Shown piece after piece: positions 8,714 through 15,740 of a DNA stretch of 53,534 nt; position 1 is the stretch's first letter; each line of letters begins with the position of its first letter. Origin of the DNA: an uncultured bacterium (lineage in GTDB: Bacteria; Patescibacteriota; Minisyncoccia; Moranbacterales; GWC2-37-73); contig CAINNK010000023.1 of NCBI GenBank assembly GCA_903851135.1, positions 1-53,534 of the forward strand, read 5' to 3'. The notes below the pieces were generated by a model. It was not told the origin of the DNA. It was given only the letters and a program-made list of their open reading frames with translations, and did not search any database. The translations under genes and the position numbers were made by a program.

Positions 8714-9883
8714 CTATTTTTTTCTTTCCTTGCCTGCCAGAATCAGCCCCTCATAAACCTTGATTAATTTTGCAGTGCAAACTGAGCAAGTGTATCCTTG
8801 TCGAGCAATCTTACCGGCATTTTCCGCAAATTTCTTTCTGAGAATGTCATCTGCCACCAAGCGCTTGATTGCATTGGCGAATTCTTCTCTATCTTCCCTG
8901 ACCAACAAGCCGGTCACCTGACTAACAACCAAGTCCTTAACTCCTGGAGCAGCAACAGCGACAATCGGTAATCCTAGATACATTGCTTCGGAAATTGCCA
9001 TGCCTTGCGTTTCCGATTTGGAAGCAGAAACAAAAATATCACCAGCTATATAATATTCTTTTTTGATTTCATTGGCAACAACTCCGGGAAAAATAATCTG
9101 CGCGGAAAGTTGCTGCTTGGCTGCAAAATTTTTCAATTTTTCAGTGAGGTTACCATCACCACCCGCCAAAAATTTCACTTTTTTATTTTCTCTCAAAACC
9201 TCAGCCACGGCTTCAAAAAGAAATTCTAAATTTTTTTCTTGGGTAAATCTAGTAATAACAATTAGCAAAATTTCATCCTCGGCAATTACATATTTTTTGC
9301 GAATCAAAGCTTTGTCTGGATTAGCTAACTGCTTTTCATCAACCCCGGTTGGAATTACTACTATGTTTTTATTTGTAACGCCCCATTTCAAAATTATCTC
9401 TTTCACAGATGGCGTTGGCACAATCACGCAGTCCGCGCCGTTGGCGTAGCTTCTGGCGTTTCTGATTGCCCACCAAGCAGTTAAAAAGCTAGGAACAATG
9501 GGGGTGTAGTGCGCATATTGATCATAAAGAGTGTGCCAAGTGAAAACCAATGGCACTCTTTTTTTTCTGGCCCAATGTCTGGCCGACCAGCCCAACAAGT
9601 TTGGATGCTGCGCATGAATCACGTCTATTTCTAATTTCTCTAAAAGCCTACTAATTTGATAGGAATAAGGAATAGCGACTGGAAATCTAACGTTTTTAAA
9701 TTTCAAATCGATTGCTGGATATCTAAAAACATTCTTGTTTTCATCCACATAGCCTTTAAAATTCGGCGCAAAAACATAGACGATGTGCCCTAGCCTTTCT
9801 AATTCTTGGCGAAAACTTTCCACCGAACCGCTCACGCCATATGGGTTAGGAAGATAGTTATTTGTAAAGATGGCAATTTTCAT
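8714..9883 (-). CDS. GT4-family glycosyltransferase
   Basis: 389 aa. The N-terminal MKIAIFTNNYLPNPYGVSGSV is typical of GT4, and the C-terminal block SKSETQGMAISEAMYLGLPIVA is the E-x7-E-type motif. Confidence 0.8.
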   Translation of the reverse strand: MKIAIFTNNYLPNPYGVSGSVESFRQELERLGHIVYVFAPNFKGYVDENKNVFRYPAIDLKFKNVRFPVAIPYSYQISRLLEKLEIDVIHAQHPNLLGWSARHWARKKRVPLVFTWHTLYDQYAHYTPIVPSFLTAWWAIRNARSYANGADCVIVPTPSVKEIILKWGVTNKNIVVIPTGVDEKQLANPDKALIRKKYVIAEDEILLIVITRFTQEKNLEFLFEAVAEVLRENKKVKFLAGGDGNLTEKLKNFAAKQQLSAQIIFPGVVANEIKKEYYIAGDIFVSASKSETQGMAISEAMYLGLPIVAVAAPGVKDLVVSQVTGLLVREDREEFANAIKRLVADDILRKKFAENAGKIARQGYTCSVCTAKLIKVYEGLILAGKERKK

Positions 9884-9964
9884 AGCTTTTAGCTTTTAGC
9901 TTTTAGCTTTTAGCTTTTAGCTTTTTAAAATCCAAAAGCTAATGCCCAGAAAGCTGAAAAGCTG
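9884..9964. repeat. Six perfect tandem AGCTTTT heptamers plus inverted AAAGCT arm
   Basis: AGCTTTT units start at 9884, 9891, 9898, 9905, 9912 and 9919. The inverted arm is aaaagctaatgcccagaaagctgaaaagctg (9934-9964). The array abuts the GT4 start codon (9881-9883, minus strand). Confidence 0.9.
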
Positions 9965-9965
9965 T

Positions 9966-10835
9966 TTAATTTTCTTCAAGAAAATTGAGAATATCTTTGA
10001 AGACGTGTTCATTTTTGATGTCGGGAATGAAAGTATGATAGGCTTTTTGAATATAGATTTTCTTTTTTTTCTTGGAACTTATTTTTTCATAAATTTTTTC
10101 CATACTATCTTTGGCGACCATGTGATCATGGGTAGATTGAAGCAACAAACATGGTTGGGAAATGCTGCCAAGATTTTTGCGCGCCCGCCTAACCAACTCA
10201 AAAACTTCCAACACGCTGGCCACCGGATAACTTTGATAAGAAATCATCCTGGTGATACTCTCAGCTGAACCGAAAGTCGGCGGATAAAATTTGGTGCGGT
10301 ATTGCTTTGGATTAAGACAGAGCGCTAGTTTTACCAACACCACTCCGATTTTTTCGTGGCGCAATTTGTGTGGAGTGGCCATCAGCACAAGGCCAGCCAT
10401 CTCCTTTTCTTGCTCCGCCAAAATCAAGGCGATGCTTGCCCCAATGGAAGTGCCGGCCACATACACCTGGTCGCAAGTTTCTTTCAATTTCCCATAGCCC
10501 TTTTCCACGTCAGTAATCCAATCCTGAGCCGTCACGTTTTCCAAATCTTTTGGCACCGTGCCGTGACCGGAAAGCATCAAACCCAAAACGGTATAACCAT
10601 TTTCATTGAGATATTTCCCTAGTCGGCGAACTTCATAAGCTGTTGATGACCAACCATGCACCAACAAAACTCCTTTGCCATTTGAACCTGCCTCACCGGC
10701 AGACGGGCCTGCCAAAAAAAACGGCTGATTGATCAGCTGCCGCTCTTGTTTGTATAAAAGTTTTGGATCAACGAAGAGAATACTTTTCGCTTTTCCAACA
10801 GCCTTTTCTGCAAATTTTAGGAGTTGTTTTACCAT
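9966..10835 (-). CDS. Alpha/beta hydrolase (carboxylesterase/lysophospholipase-like)
   Basis: LLVHGWSST oxyanion region, GTSIGA (GxSxG nucleophile elbow) and a C-terminal QSTHDHMV...AYH typical of the acid and His residues. Confidence 0.75.
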   Translation of the reverse strand: MVKQLLKFAEKAVGKAKSILFVDPKLLYKQERQLINQPFFLAGPSAGEAGSNGKGVLLVHGWSSTAYEVRRLGKYLNENGYTVLGLMLSGHGTVPKDLENVTAQDWITDVEKGYGKLKETCDQVYVAGTSIGASIALILAEQEKEMAGLVLMATPHKLRHEKIGVVLVKLALCLNPKQYRTKFYPPTFGSAESITRMISYQSYPVASVLEVFELVRRARKNLGSISQPCLLLQSTHDHMVAKDSMEKIYEKISSKKKKKIYIQKAYHTFIPDIKNEHVFKDILNFLEEN

Positions 10836-10928
10836 GCTTTTATACTTCCAACTCTAACCTTTTTAGCGTCTTTTTGCAAGAAAAAAGCTGCACTTGATGG
10901 CAGCCTGAAAAATGCACACTTATTATGA

Positions 10929-11537
10929 CTATTTTAGAAATTCCTTTGCTTGTTTTTTCTTGTAAAGTGTAATAGCGATGAAAGAAATGATGGCGGCTGC
11001 AAAAATAATCCAACCAACCCAACTGATGTATTGCTTGATACTTCGCCAAAGATAACCATAAAAATATCCCATTGCGACCAAAAAGCCGCTCCACACCACT
11101 CCGCCCAACAAAGAATATTGCAGAAATTTTTTGAAATCCATTTTCACAATGCCAGCAGTGACGAAAGTTGCCCAACAAAGTCCCGTGGTTGATTTGACTG
11201 CAAAAATTGTTGTGCCGCCATGCTTTTGAAAATATTTTTCCATTCTCAAAACCAACTTTTCCGTAATGCCCAGATATTTTCCTGGACCGTGCACAAAACC
11301 CATACCCCATTTGCGCCCTGCGCCATAAAGTAGCACATCGCCAAGCATATCACCCAAAATTGAAAACAAAAGCACCACTGGCCAAGCAAAAGCCCCTAGT
11401 GAGGCCAGCATTGCCGCAATGATGGTCACAACTGGCCCCTCCACGATCATCAGCGGCAGCATGGCGAAATAGCCGTAGTGTTTGAGAAATTGAAAAATGA
11501 TTTGTCCTGTTTGCTCCATCCGGTAGTAGAAATTCAA
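10929..11537 (-). CDS. DedA/VTT-domain membrane protein (paralog 1)
   Basis: LKHYGYFAMLPLMIVEGP...ILGDMLGDVLLY..GRKWG is the DedA signature. Multiple TM segments. Confidence 0.8.
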   Translation of the reverse strand: MNFYYRMEQTGQIIFQFLKHYGYFAMLPLMIVEGPVVTIIAAMLASLGAFAWPVVLLFSILGDMLGDVLLYGAGRKWGMGFVHGPGKYLGITEKLVLRMEKYFQKHGGTTIFAVKSTTGLCWATFVTAGIVKMDFKKFLQYSLLGGVVWSGFLVAMGYFYGYLWRSIKQYISWVGWIIFAAAIISFIAITLYKKKQAKEFLK

Positions 11538-11690
11538 ATGGGCTATGCCCAGTAAAATTCCAATGTTTAAAGTTGACTTATTAATTTATCCAGCAGCAAT
11601 GAACTAATTATAGAATATATTTTTTGAATTCTCACTACCGGATCCATTTTTAAATTATAAACCTAGTTAATAAATATTGAAAGCAAAAAA

Positions 11691-12281
11691 CTATTTTAAA
11701 AATTCTTCTGATTGCTTTTTCTCATAAAACCCAAGCACGACAAAAATGACAATTGTGACAACCAAAATAACAATCCCGGCCCAACTGACATAGCGCGCGA
11801 TGCTTTTCCAGAGATAACCATAGAAATAGCCCATCGCCACAAAAAAACTGCTCCAAGCAATCGCGCCCAAAAAAGAATAGCGCAAAAATTTTTCAAAATT
11901 CATTTTCACAATCCCAGCTGTGATAAAAGCCAGCAAATAAGGGCCTGTCATTGATTTGACCACAAAAAGAGTTTTGCCACCGTGCCGGTGAAAATATTTT
12001 TCCATTTTCAGCACTCGCCTTTCATTAAGCCCCAGATATTTTCCCCAGCCGGCCGCAAACTGCATGCCCCAACGATAACCCACCCAATACAAAATCACAT
12101 TGCCAATCAAATCTCCCAGAATTGAAAAAAACAAAACCAAGGGCCAGAAGAAAACTCCCAACGAGGCCAAAACCGCCGCCACAATGGTTGCCCCCGCTCC
12201 TTCCACAATCATAAGCGGCAGCATCGCAAAATAGCCGTAGTGTTTGAGAAAATCAAGAGTCAATTGTCCGAGTTGATTCAT
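11691..12281 (-). CDS. DedA/VTT-domain membrane protein (paralog 2, tandem duplicate)
   Basis: Collinear with the neighbouring DedA over its full length, including the identical block LKHYGYFAMLPLMIVEG and MGYFYGYLW. Confidence 0.8.
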   Translation of the reverse strand: MNQLGQLTLDFLKHYGYFAMLPLMIVEGAGATIVAAVLASLGVFFWPLVLFFSILGDLIGNVILYWVGYRWGMQFAAGWGKYLGLNERRVLKMEKYFHRHGGKTLFVVKSMTGPYLLAFITAGIVKMNFEKFLRYSFLGAIAWSSFFVAMGYFYGYLWKSIARYVSWAGIVILVVTIVIFVVLGFYEKKQSEEFLK

Positions 12282-12371
12282 ATATTTTTATTCTACGACG
12301 GATCGGGAAATAAAAACAGATTGCGCCCATATGGGAATAATCTGTTAAACAAAAAACCTCTTTTGAATCAG

Positions 12372-12755
12372 CTACTCTTCCATTTGATTTGAATTAGATT
12401 CAAAAAGTTCGGAGATCAAAAATTTTGCTTCTCGATACTCATCCGGTCCCCTTTTCCCCGCCCATTTCAAGAGAAGCTTTTGTTCTGAATTTTTAATCAA
12501 CATAATCCCGGCTTGAAATCTTGGCCTGAGAATATTGTCGACAGAATAAAGATAGTAAAAGGCAACGCATTCGACTATCACTAAAACATACAGAACAAGC
12601 TCGATAAAAAGTGAGGCCATATCCTTAAAAAGCATAGCAAAGATAAACACATGCCAAACCGCATATAAGACATTCATAAGACACCGGCTTTTACGATCTT
12701 TCAAAAAACTTTCGAGCATTGCTCTAAGCTTGGGTGAATAATTCAATTTATTCAT
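12372..12755 (-). CDS. Hypothetical small membrane protein
   Basis: 127 aa from ATG 12755 (AAAGGA SD 7 nt upstream). It has two hydrophobic helices (VWHVFIFAMLF; LVLYVLVIVECVAFYYLY). No recognisable family. Confidence 0.45.
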   Translation of the reverse strand: MNKLNYSPKLRAMLESFLKDRKSRCLMNVLYAVWHVFIFAMLFKDMASLFIELVLYVLVIVECVAFYYLYSVDNILRPRFQAGIMLIKNSEQKLLLKWAGKRGPDEYREAKFLISELFESNSNQMEE

Positions 12756-12947
12756 GAGAATTCCTTTGTTTGATTTTTCAAGAACAAAAAATGACTTTGA
12801 AGTGTACAATGACAACGATAAAATGTCAACAAATGCGCTAAGCATGCCCTCCCCTTGATTTATTTTTTATCTATGATAGACTATCCACTGTTACTGACTT
12901 GAGACAATTTTTGGTCTTTTTATTTTTTCCAAATTCATGTTTTCCAT

Positions 12948-13018
12948 GGCGCTATCGTCTAGTGGTTAGGACACCAGGTTTTTCAGCCAAAGGCTGACCA
13001 CCCCTTGGGTGGCATCCT
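12948..13018 (+). pseudogene. tRNA-Glu 5' fragment carrying a 30-nt insert inside the anticodon, truncated in the anticodon stem
   Basis: 12948-12982 matches the intact tRNA-Glu at 13289-13323. A 30-nt insert follows (12983-13012), then catcct, and homology ends at 13019. Confidence 0.8.
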
Positions 13019-13034
13019 AGCGTTGACTACAATT

Positions 13035-13283
13035 ATGTACTATGTTTATATAATAAAAAGCAAGTTAAAAAAATATTATTATATAGGAAGCACGGAAGAT
13101 TTAAAAAGACGTTTTGAAGAACACAATAGCGGAAAAACCAAATCAATAAAACATCTCATTCCTTTTGAACTTGTTTATTACGAGGCATACAGGGAGAAAG
13201 TTTTAGCTAGAACAAGAGAAATTGATTTAAAGAAGAATAGTTTTAGAAAGAAAGAGTTATTAGATAGAATTGAAAATTTTTAG
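13035..13283 (+). CDS. Small stand-alone GIY-YIG nuclease domain protein
   Basis: 82 aa: MYYVYIIKSKLKKYYYIGSTEDLKRRFEEHNSG...YYEAY....A..RE..LK, the GIY-(x10)-YIG, R and E..N core of the GIY-YIG/URI superfamily. No extra DNA-binding domain. Confidence 0.8.
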   Translation: MYYVYIIKSKLKKYYYIGSTEDLKRRFEEHNSGKTKSIKHLIPFELVYYEAYREKVLARTREIDLKKNSFRKKELLDRIENF

Positions 13284-13288
13284 TATAT

Positions 13289-13363
13289 GGCGCTATCGTC
13301 TAGTGGTTAGGACACCAGGTTTTCATCCTGGTAACAGGAGTCCGATTCTCCTTAGCGCTACCA
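13289..13363 (+). tRNA. tRNA-Glu (anticodon UUC), CCA encoded
   Basis: Hand-folded cloverleaf: acceptor ggcgcta/tagcgct, D arm gtct-agtggtta-ggac, anticodon arm ccagg-ttTTCat-cctgg, T arm aggag-tccgatt-ctcct, discriminator A, then CCA. Confidence 0.9.
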
Positions 13364-13370
13364 AATAAAT

Positions 13371-13460
13371 CTTCGGTTAGAACCCCAGGTTTTTCAGCCA
13401 GAGGCTGACCACCCCCTGGGTGGCATCCTGGTAACAGGAGTCCGATTCTCCTTAGCGCTA
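13371..13460 (+). pseudogene. tRNA-Glu-like copy with degenerate 5' part, 30-nt anticodon insert and intact 3' half
   Basis: cttcggttagaacccc resembles the D arm. It carries the same insert as 12983-13012 with two substitutions. The 3' half (13424-13460) matches the real tRNA exactly. There is no 5' acceptor strand. Confidence 0.75.
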
Positions 13461-13473
13461 CAAATTTTTAAAA

Positions 13474-13494
13474 GCCCCACGAAATGGGGCTTTT
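13474..13494 (+). terminator. Terminator hairpin after the tRNA-Glu copies
   Basis: Stem gcccca / tggggc, loop cgaaa, then tttt, with AAAA upstream. Confidence 0.6.
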
Positions 13495-13512
13495 AAATTT
13501 GTCTAGAGATAA

Positions 13513-13616
13513 GAGAGAATCGGACGGGCGCGAGTAGGATGCGAGCAAGTGCGAGCATTCTGTGTGTAGCGCCCCAGCTTCGAGTCAGAGCGAAGAAGCG
13601 ATTCTCCTTAGCGCTA
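13513..13616 (+). other. Hairpin element capped by the tRNA-Glu 3' end (T-arm-antisense arm, ~73-nt GC-rich core, T-arm 3' strand plus acceptor 3' strand)
   Basis: gagagaatcgga (13513-13524) is the reverse complement of the tRNA T-loop/T-stem tccgattctc. The core is 13526-13598. The element ends with cgattctccttagcgcta, identical to the tRNA-Glu 3' end. Confidence 0.7.
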
Positions 13617-13626
13617 CAAACAGAAA

Positions 13627-13657
13627 ATCCCCAGCATTTATTGCTGGGGATTTTTTG
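13627..13657 (+). terminator. Strong rho-independent terminator
   Basis: Stem atccccagca / tgctggggat (10 bp), loop tttat, then tttttt. Confidence 0.8.
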
Positions 13658-13775
13658 CCTAACGATAATGGGAGCTTCCAGAGGACCATCCTCCATCAGT
13701 GTCTAATCTTAATATTACAAACCACCATACAAAAGAAACTTTTTCAAAAATAGTTCCTAGATGTGTACTACATGA

Positions 13776-13812
13776 AAAATTAAATGCGGTTATCTTTAAT
13801 AGATAACCGCAT
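13776..13812 (-). terminator. Terminator downstream of the isochorismatase-family gene
   Basis: Stem atgcggttatc / gataaccgcat (11 bp), followed on the minus strand by a T-rich run. Confidence 0.6.
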
Positions 13813-13846
13813 CACAAATAAAAAAGCAGCCAAGGAACTGTAGAAG

Positions 13847-14389
13847 TTAAACAGACATAGAAAATTCCAAAACATTATCAATACAATTGCCGTTAGACTT
13901 AAACCACTCAATGCTATTATCAAGGCTATGGAATTTTTGACCTGAGATAACTTCATTGCTTGTTATAATCCGATACCCTAGATAAATTGCATGCTCTGCT
14001 GTGCTTTTGACACAATAATCGGCATTAATCCCCATGATTAAAAGATTTTCAACCCCAATTGATTTCAAGTAAGAATTTAATCTAGTTTCTTGAAAGCCAC
14101 TGTTGTAATCTTTTTTAATTACGCGACATTTAGGAGCCTTCAGTGCCGCTCTCAAAAGAATTTTAATAGTGTGTCCATAGTTATAACTTTTTAATTCCAA
14201 AACTACAACTGGGATCTTAGCCCTCACACAATGCTTCAAGACGGCAAGCTGTCTTGCTATTATGCGCTCAGCCTCTCCGTCTCTTAACCTTCCAACAAAC
14301 TTTTCTTGCATGTCGATCAACACAACAGCAAGATTGCCGGAATCTTTAATTGGCTGCTTTTTCACAATACCTCCTTTTTTTAATTTCAA
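13847..14389 (-). CDS. Isochorismatase-family cysteine hydrolase
   Basis: VVLIDMQEKF (catalytic Asp region), a conserved Lys region, and GINADYCVKSTAEHA, which is the DxCV catalytic Cys motif. Confidence 0.8.
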   Translation of the reverse strand: MKLKKGGIVKKQPIKDSGNLAVVLIDMQEKFVGRLRDGEAERIIARQLAVLKHCVRAKIPVVVLELKSYNYGHTIKILLRAALKAPKCRVIKKDYNSGFQETRLNSYLKSIGVENLLIMGINADYCVKSTAEHAIYLGYRIITSNEVISGQKFHSLDNSIEWFKSNGNCIDNVLEFSMSV

Positions 14390-14753
14390 GTTTAGTAAAT
14401 TGCCTCAAGCTCTCAACAAAAGATCAAAGCAATCTACTAAAAGTGAAACCACAATAATTCAAAGAACAACAAAAAAGGATAGCATTTTATTGACTTTTTG
14501 TCAAACGAAAACACAAACAAAAGTACGAAAAATCCCCTAAGAAGGCCTTTAAGTTACATTTAAACTACAAAGGAACCAGACCGATAGGATTGAAAATTGA
14601 GCCAAGATAAGAAAGAAGTTAATAACAAGTTATGAACATATTACAGCTTTTTAGCTGTTATTAATGAAAAATAATGATTTATAATATAAATGAAGACAAG
14701 ACCTTGCTTAATATAGAGAAGCCTATGGAGGACCATCATCTGCTAGAATTTCA

Positions 14754-14794
14754 TTTTCATCTTGGTAACAGGAGTCCGATTCTCCTTAGCGCTA
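14754..14794 (+). pseudogene. tRNA-Glu 3' half fragment (starts in the anticodon loop)
   Basis: ttttcatcttggtaacaggagtccgattctccttagcgcta has one mismatch to the 3' half of the real tRNA. It is followed by a decayed copy of the 13627-13657 terminator. Confidence 0.8.
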
Positions 14795-15025
14795 CAAACA
14801 AGAAATCCCCAGCATTTATTGCTAGAGATTTTTATTTATCTGGCAATAAAAAAACCAGACCAACATAAACTTTCAGAGTACCATCTCTATTGTGGACTAC
14901 GTTTTTACAAAAAATAACGTGATACAATTATTTTTTCTATAAATATTGACATGCAATGCAAAATACCCTATAAAACTAGTAGCTTGCTTCTAACATGAAG
15001 CTTAATTTAACAAGGGAGATTGCTG

Positions 15026-15385
15026 ATGAAAATCGTTATTGAGAATAGTAAACCGGTCATTCAGGGACTGCCCAATGGCAATGTAACTATGTTTTTTGCC
15101 AAAATCAACGAACGGCGAGGATATTGCGTCGTGTTTGGACCAGCAGAAGAATGTTTGTTTCCTGAAGGGACAAGAATGAACGAGCTAATCTCTACCAAGG
15201 TTGCGTTCGGAACTATTGATTCCGAAATGGAAATTGTAAGAGTGACGCACGGACACAAATACGCACAAGGTGGTGGTTTTGTCGACTTTCAGGACGATAA
15301 GCAAATCTTCTTCCGCCTGTCGGGAGATGAAAAACTCAGCACCTATGAAGGAACACCCATCGAGGAAGTCTACGAGGTCATTTGA
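15026..15385 (+). CDS. Hypothetical protein
   Basis: 119-aa ORF with a GGGAG SD 8 nt before ATG 15026 and its own terminator. No recognisable motifs. Confidence 0.5.
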   Translation: MKIVIENSKPVIQGLPNGNVTMFFAKINERRGYCVVFGPAEECLFPEGTRMNELISTKVAFGTIDSEMEIVRVTHGHKYAQGGGFVDFQDDKQIFFRLSGDEKLSTYEGTPIEEVYEVI

Positions 15386-15413
15386 AAAAATCAAACATAC
15401 CAGAACAATTAAA

Positions 15414-15444
15414 AGGAGCTACGTTTTTACAGTAGCTCCTTCTT
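15414..15444 (+). terminator. Terminator after the 15026-15385 ORF
   Basis: Stem aggagctac / gtagctcct (9 bp), then tctt. Confidence 0.55.
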
Positions 15445-15543
15445 AATTAATTCCAATAAAAAAACAAAATCTAATCAAGTTACGATTATCGAGGAGCACA
15501 AAAATGTTCCTCGAATGCTTTTCAATCCCTTTCACATTGTTTT

Positions 15544-15693
15544 TTACTGAAGAACATTTCTGCCCTGCAGCAACCTGACGACAATCAAGACCAAAGCAAT
15601 GACAAGCAAGATATGAATCAGGCCGCCAAGTGTGTAGGAACTAACAAGTCCCAAAAGCCAAAGAATCAACAAAACTGCAATTATTGTCCACAT
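15544..15693 (-). CDS. lmo0937-like small membrane protein (49 aa, below ORF-track cut-off)
   Basis: Hand translation gives MWTIIAVLLILWLLGLVSSYTLGGLIHILLVIALVLIVVRLLQGRNVLQ. This matches the M.WTI...L..LWLLG......GG.IH.LLVIA.....RL..GR pattern of the lmo0937/DUF5670 family. Confidence 0.65.
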   Translation of the reverse strand: MWTIIAVLLILWLLGLVSSYTLGGLIHILLVIALVLIVVRLLQGRNVLQ

Positions 15694-15740
15694 ATTTTTT
15701 TGTAAGTTAATTATTATTTATCAAAAATAAAAACTTGTTT

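Noticed and set aside
9884-9925. Heptamer arrays (here, and at 19659-19714 and 43001-43028) as CRISPR arrays
   Set aside because: The units are 7 nt with no spacers, and no cas genes are present. They are simple tandem repeats.
10840-11310. 156-aa ORF 10840-11310 and other long alternative-frame ORFs, including 707-1045, 9063-9449, 19105-19645, 22145-22618, 36109-36582, 38604-39014, 44028-44498, 51479-52057 and 52929-53342
   Set aside because: They lie within or antisense to well-supported family-assignable genes. They have low-complexity or Cys/Phe-rich translations typical of shadow ORFs.
12983-13012. Reading the 30-nt anticodon insert as a self-splicing group I intron or an archaeal-type BHB intron
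   Set aside because: At 30 nt the insert is far too short for a group I ribozyme core. It lies between positions 35 and 36 rather than 37/38, and I see no bulge-helix-bulge geometry. Bacteria are not known to have the splicing endonuclease.
13371-13460. Calling the third tRNA-Glu-like copy a functional tRNA
   Set aside because: There is no 5' acceptor strand at the right distance. The only complementary sequence (tagcgcta of the preceding tRNA) sits 10 nt too far from the D-arm remnant. The anticodon is also interrupted.
13493-13753. ORFs 13493-13696 (minus) and 13562-13753 (plus); also 14674-14868
   Set aside because: They overlap the tRNA-Glu-derived element, the terminator hairpins and the tRNA 3' fragment. 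They have no SD and no coding-like composition.
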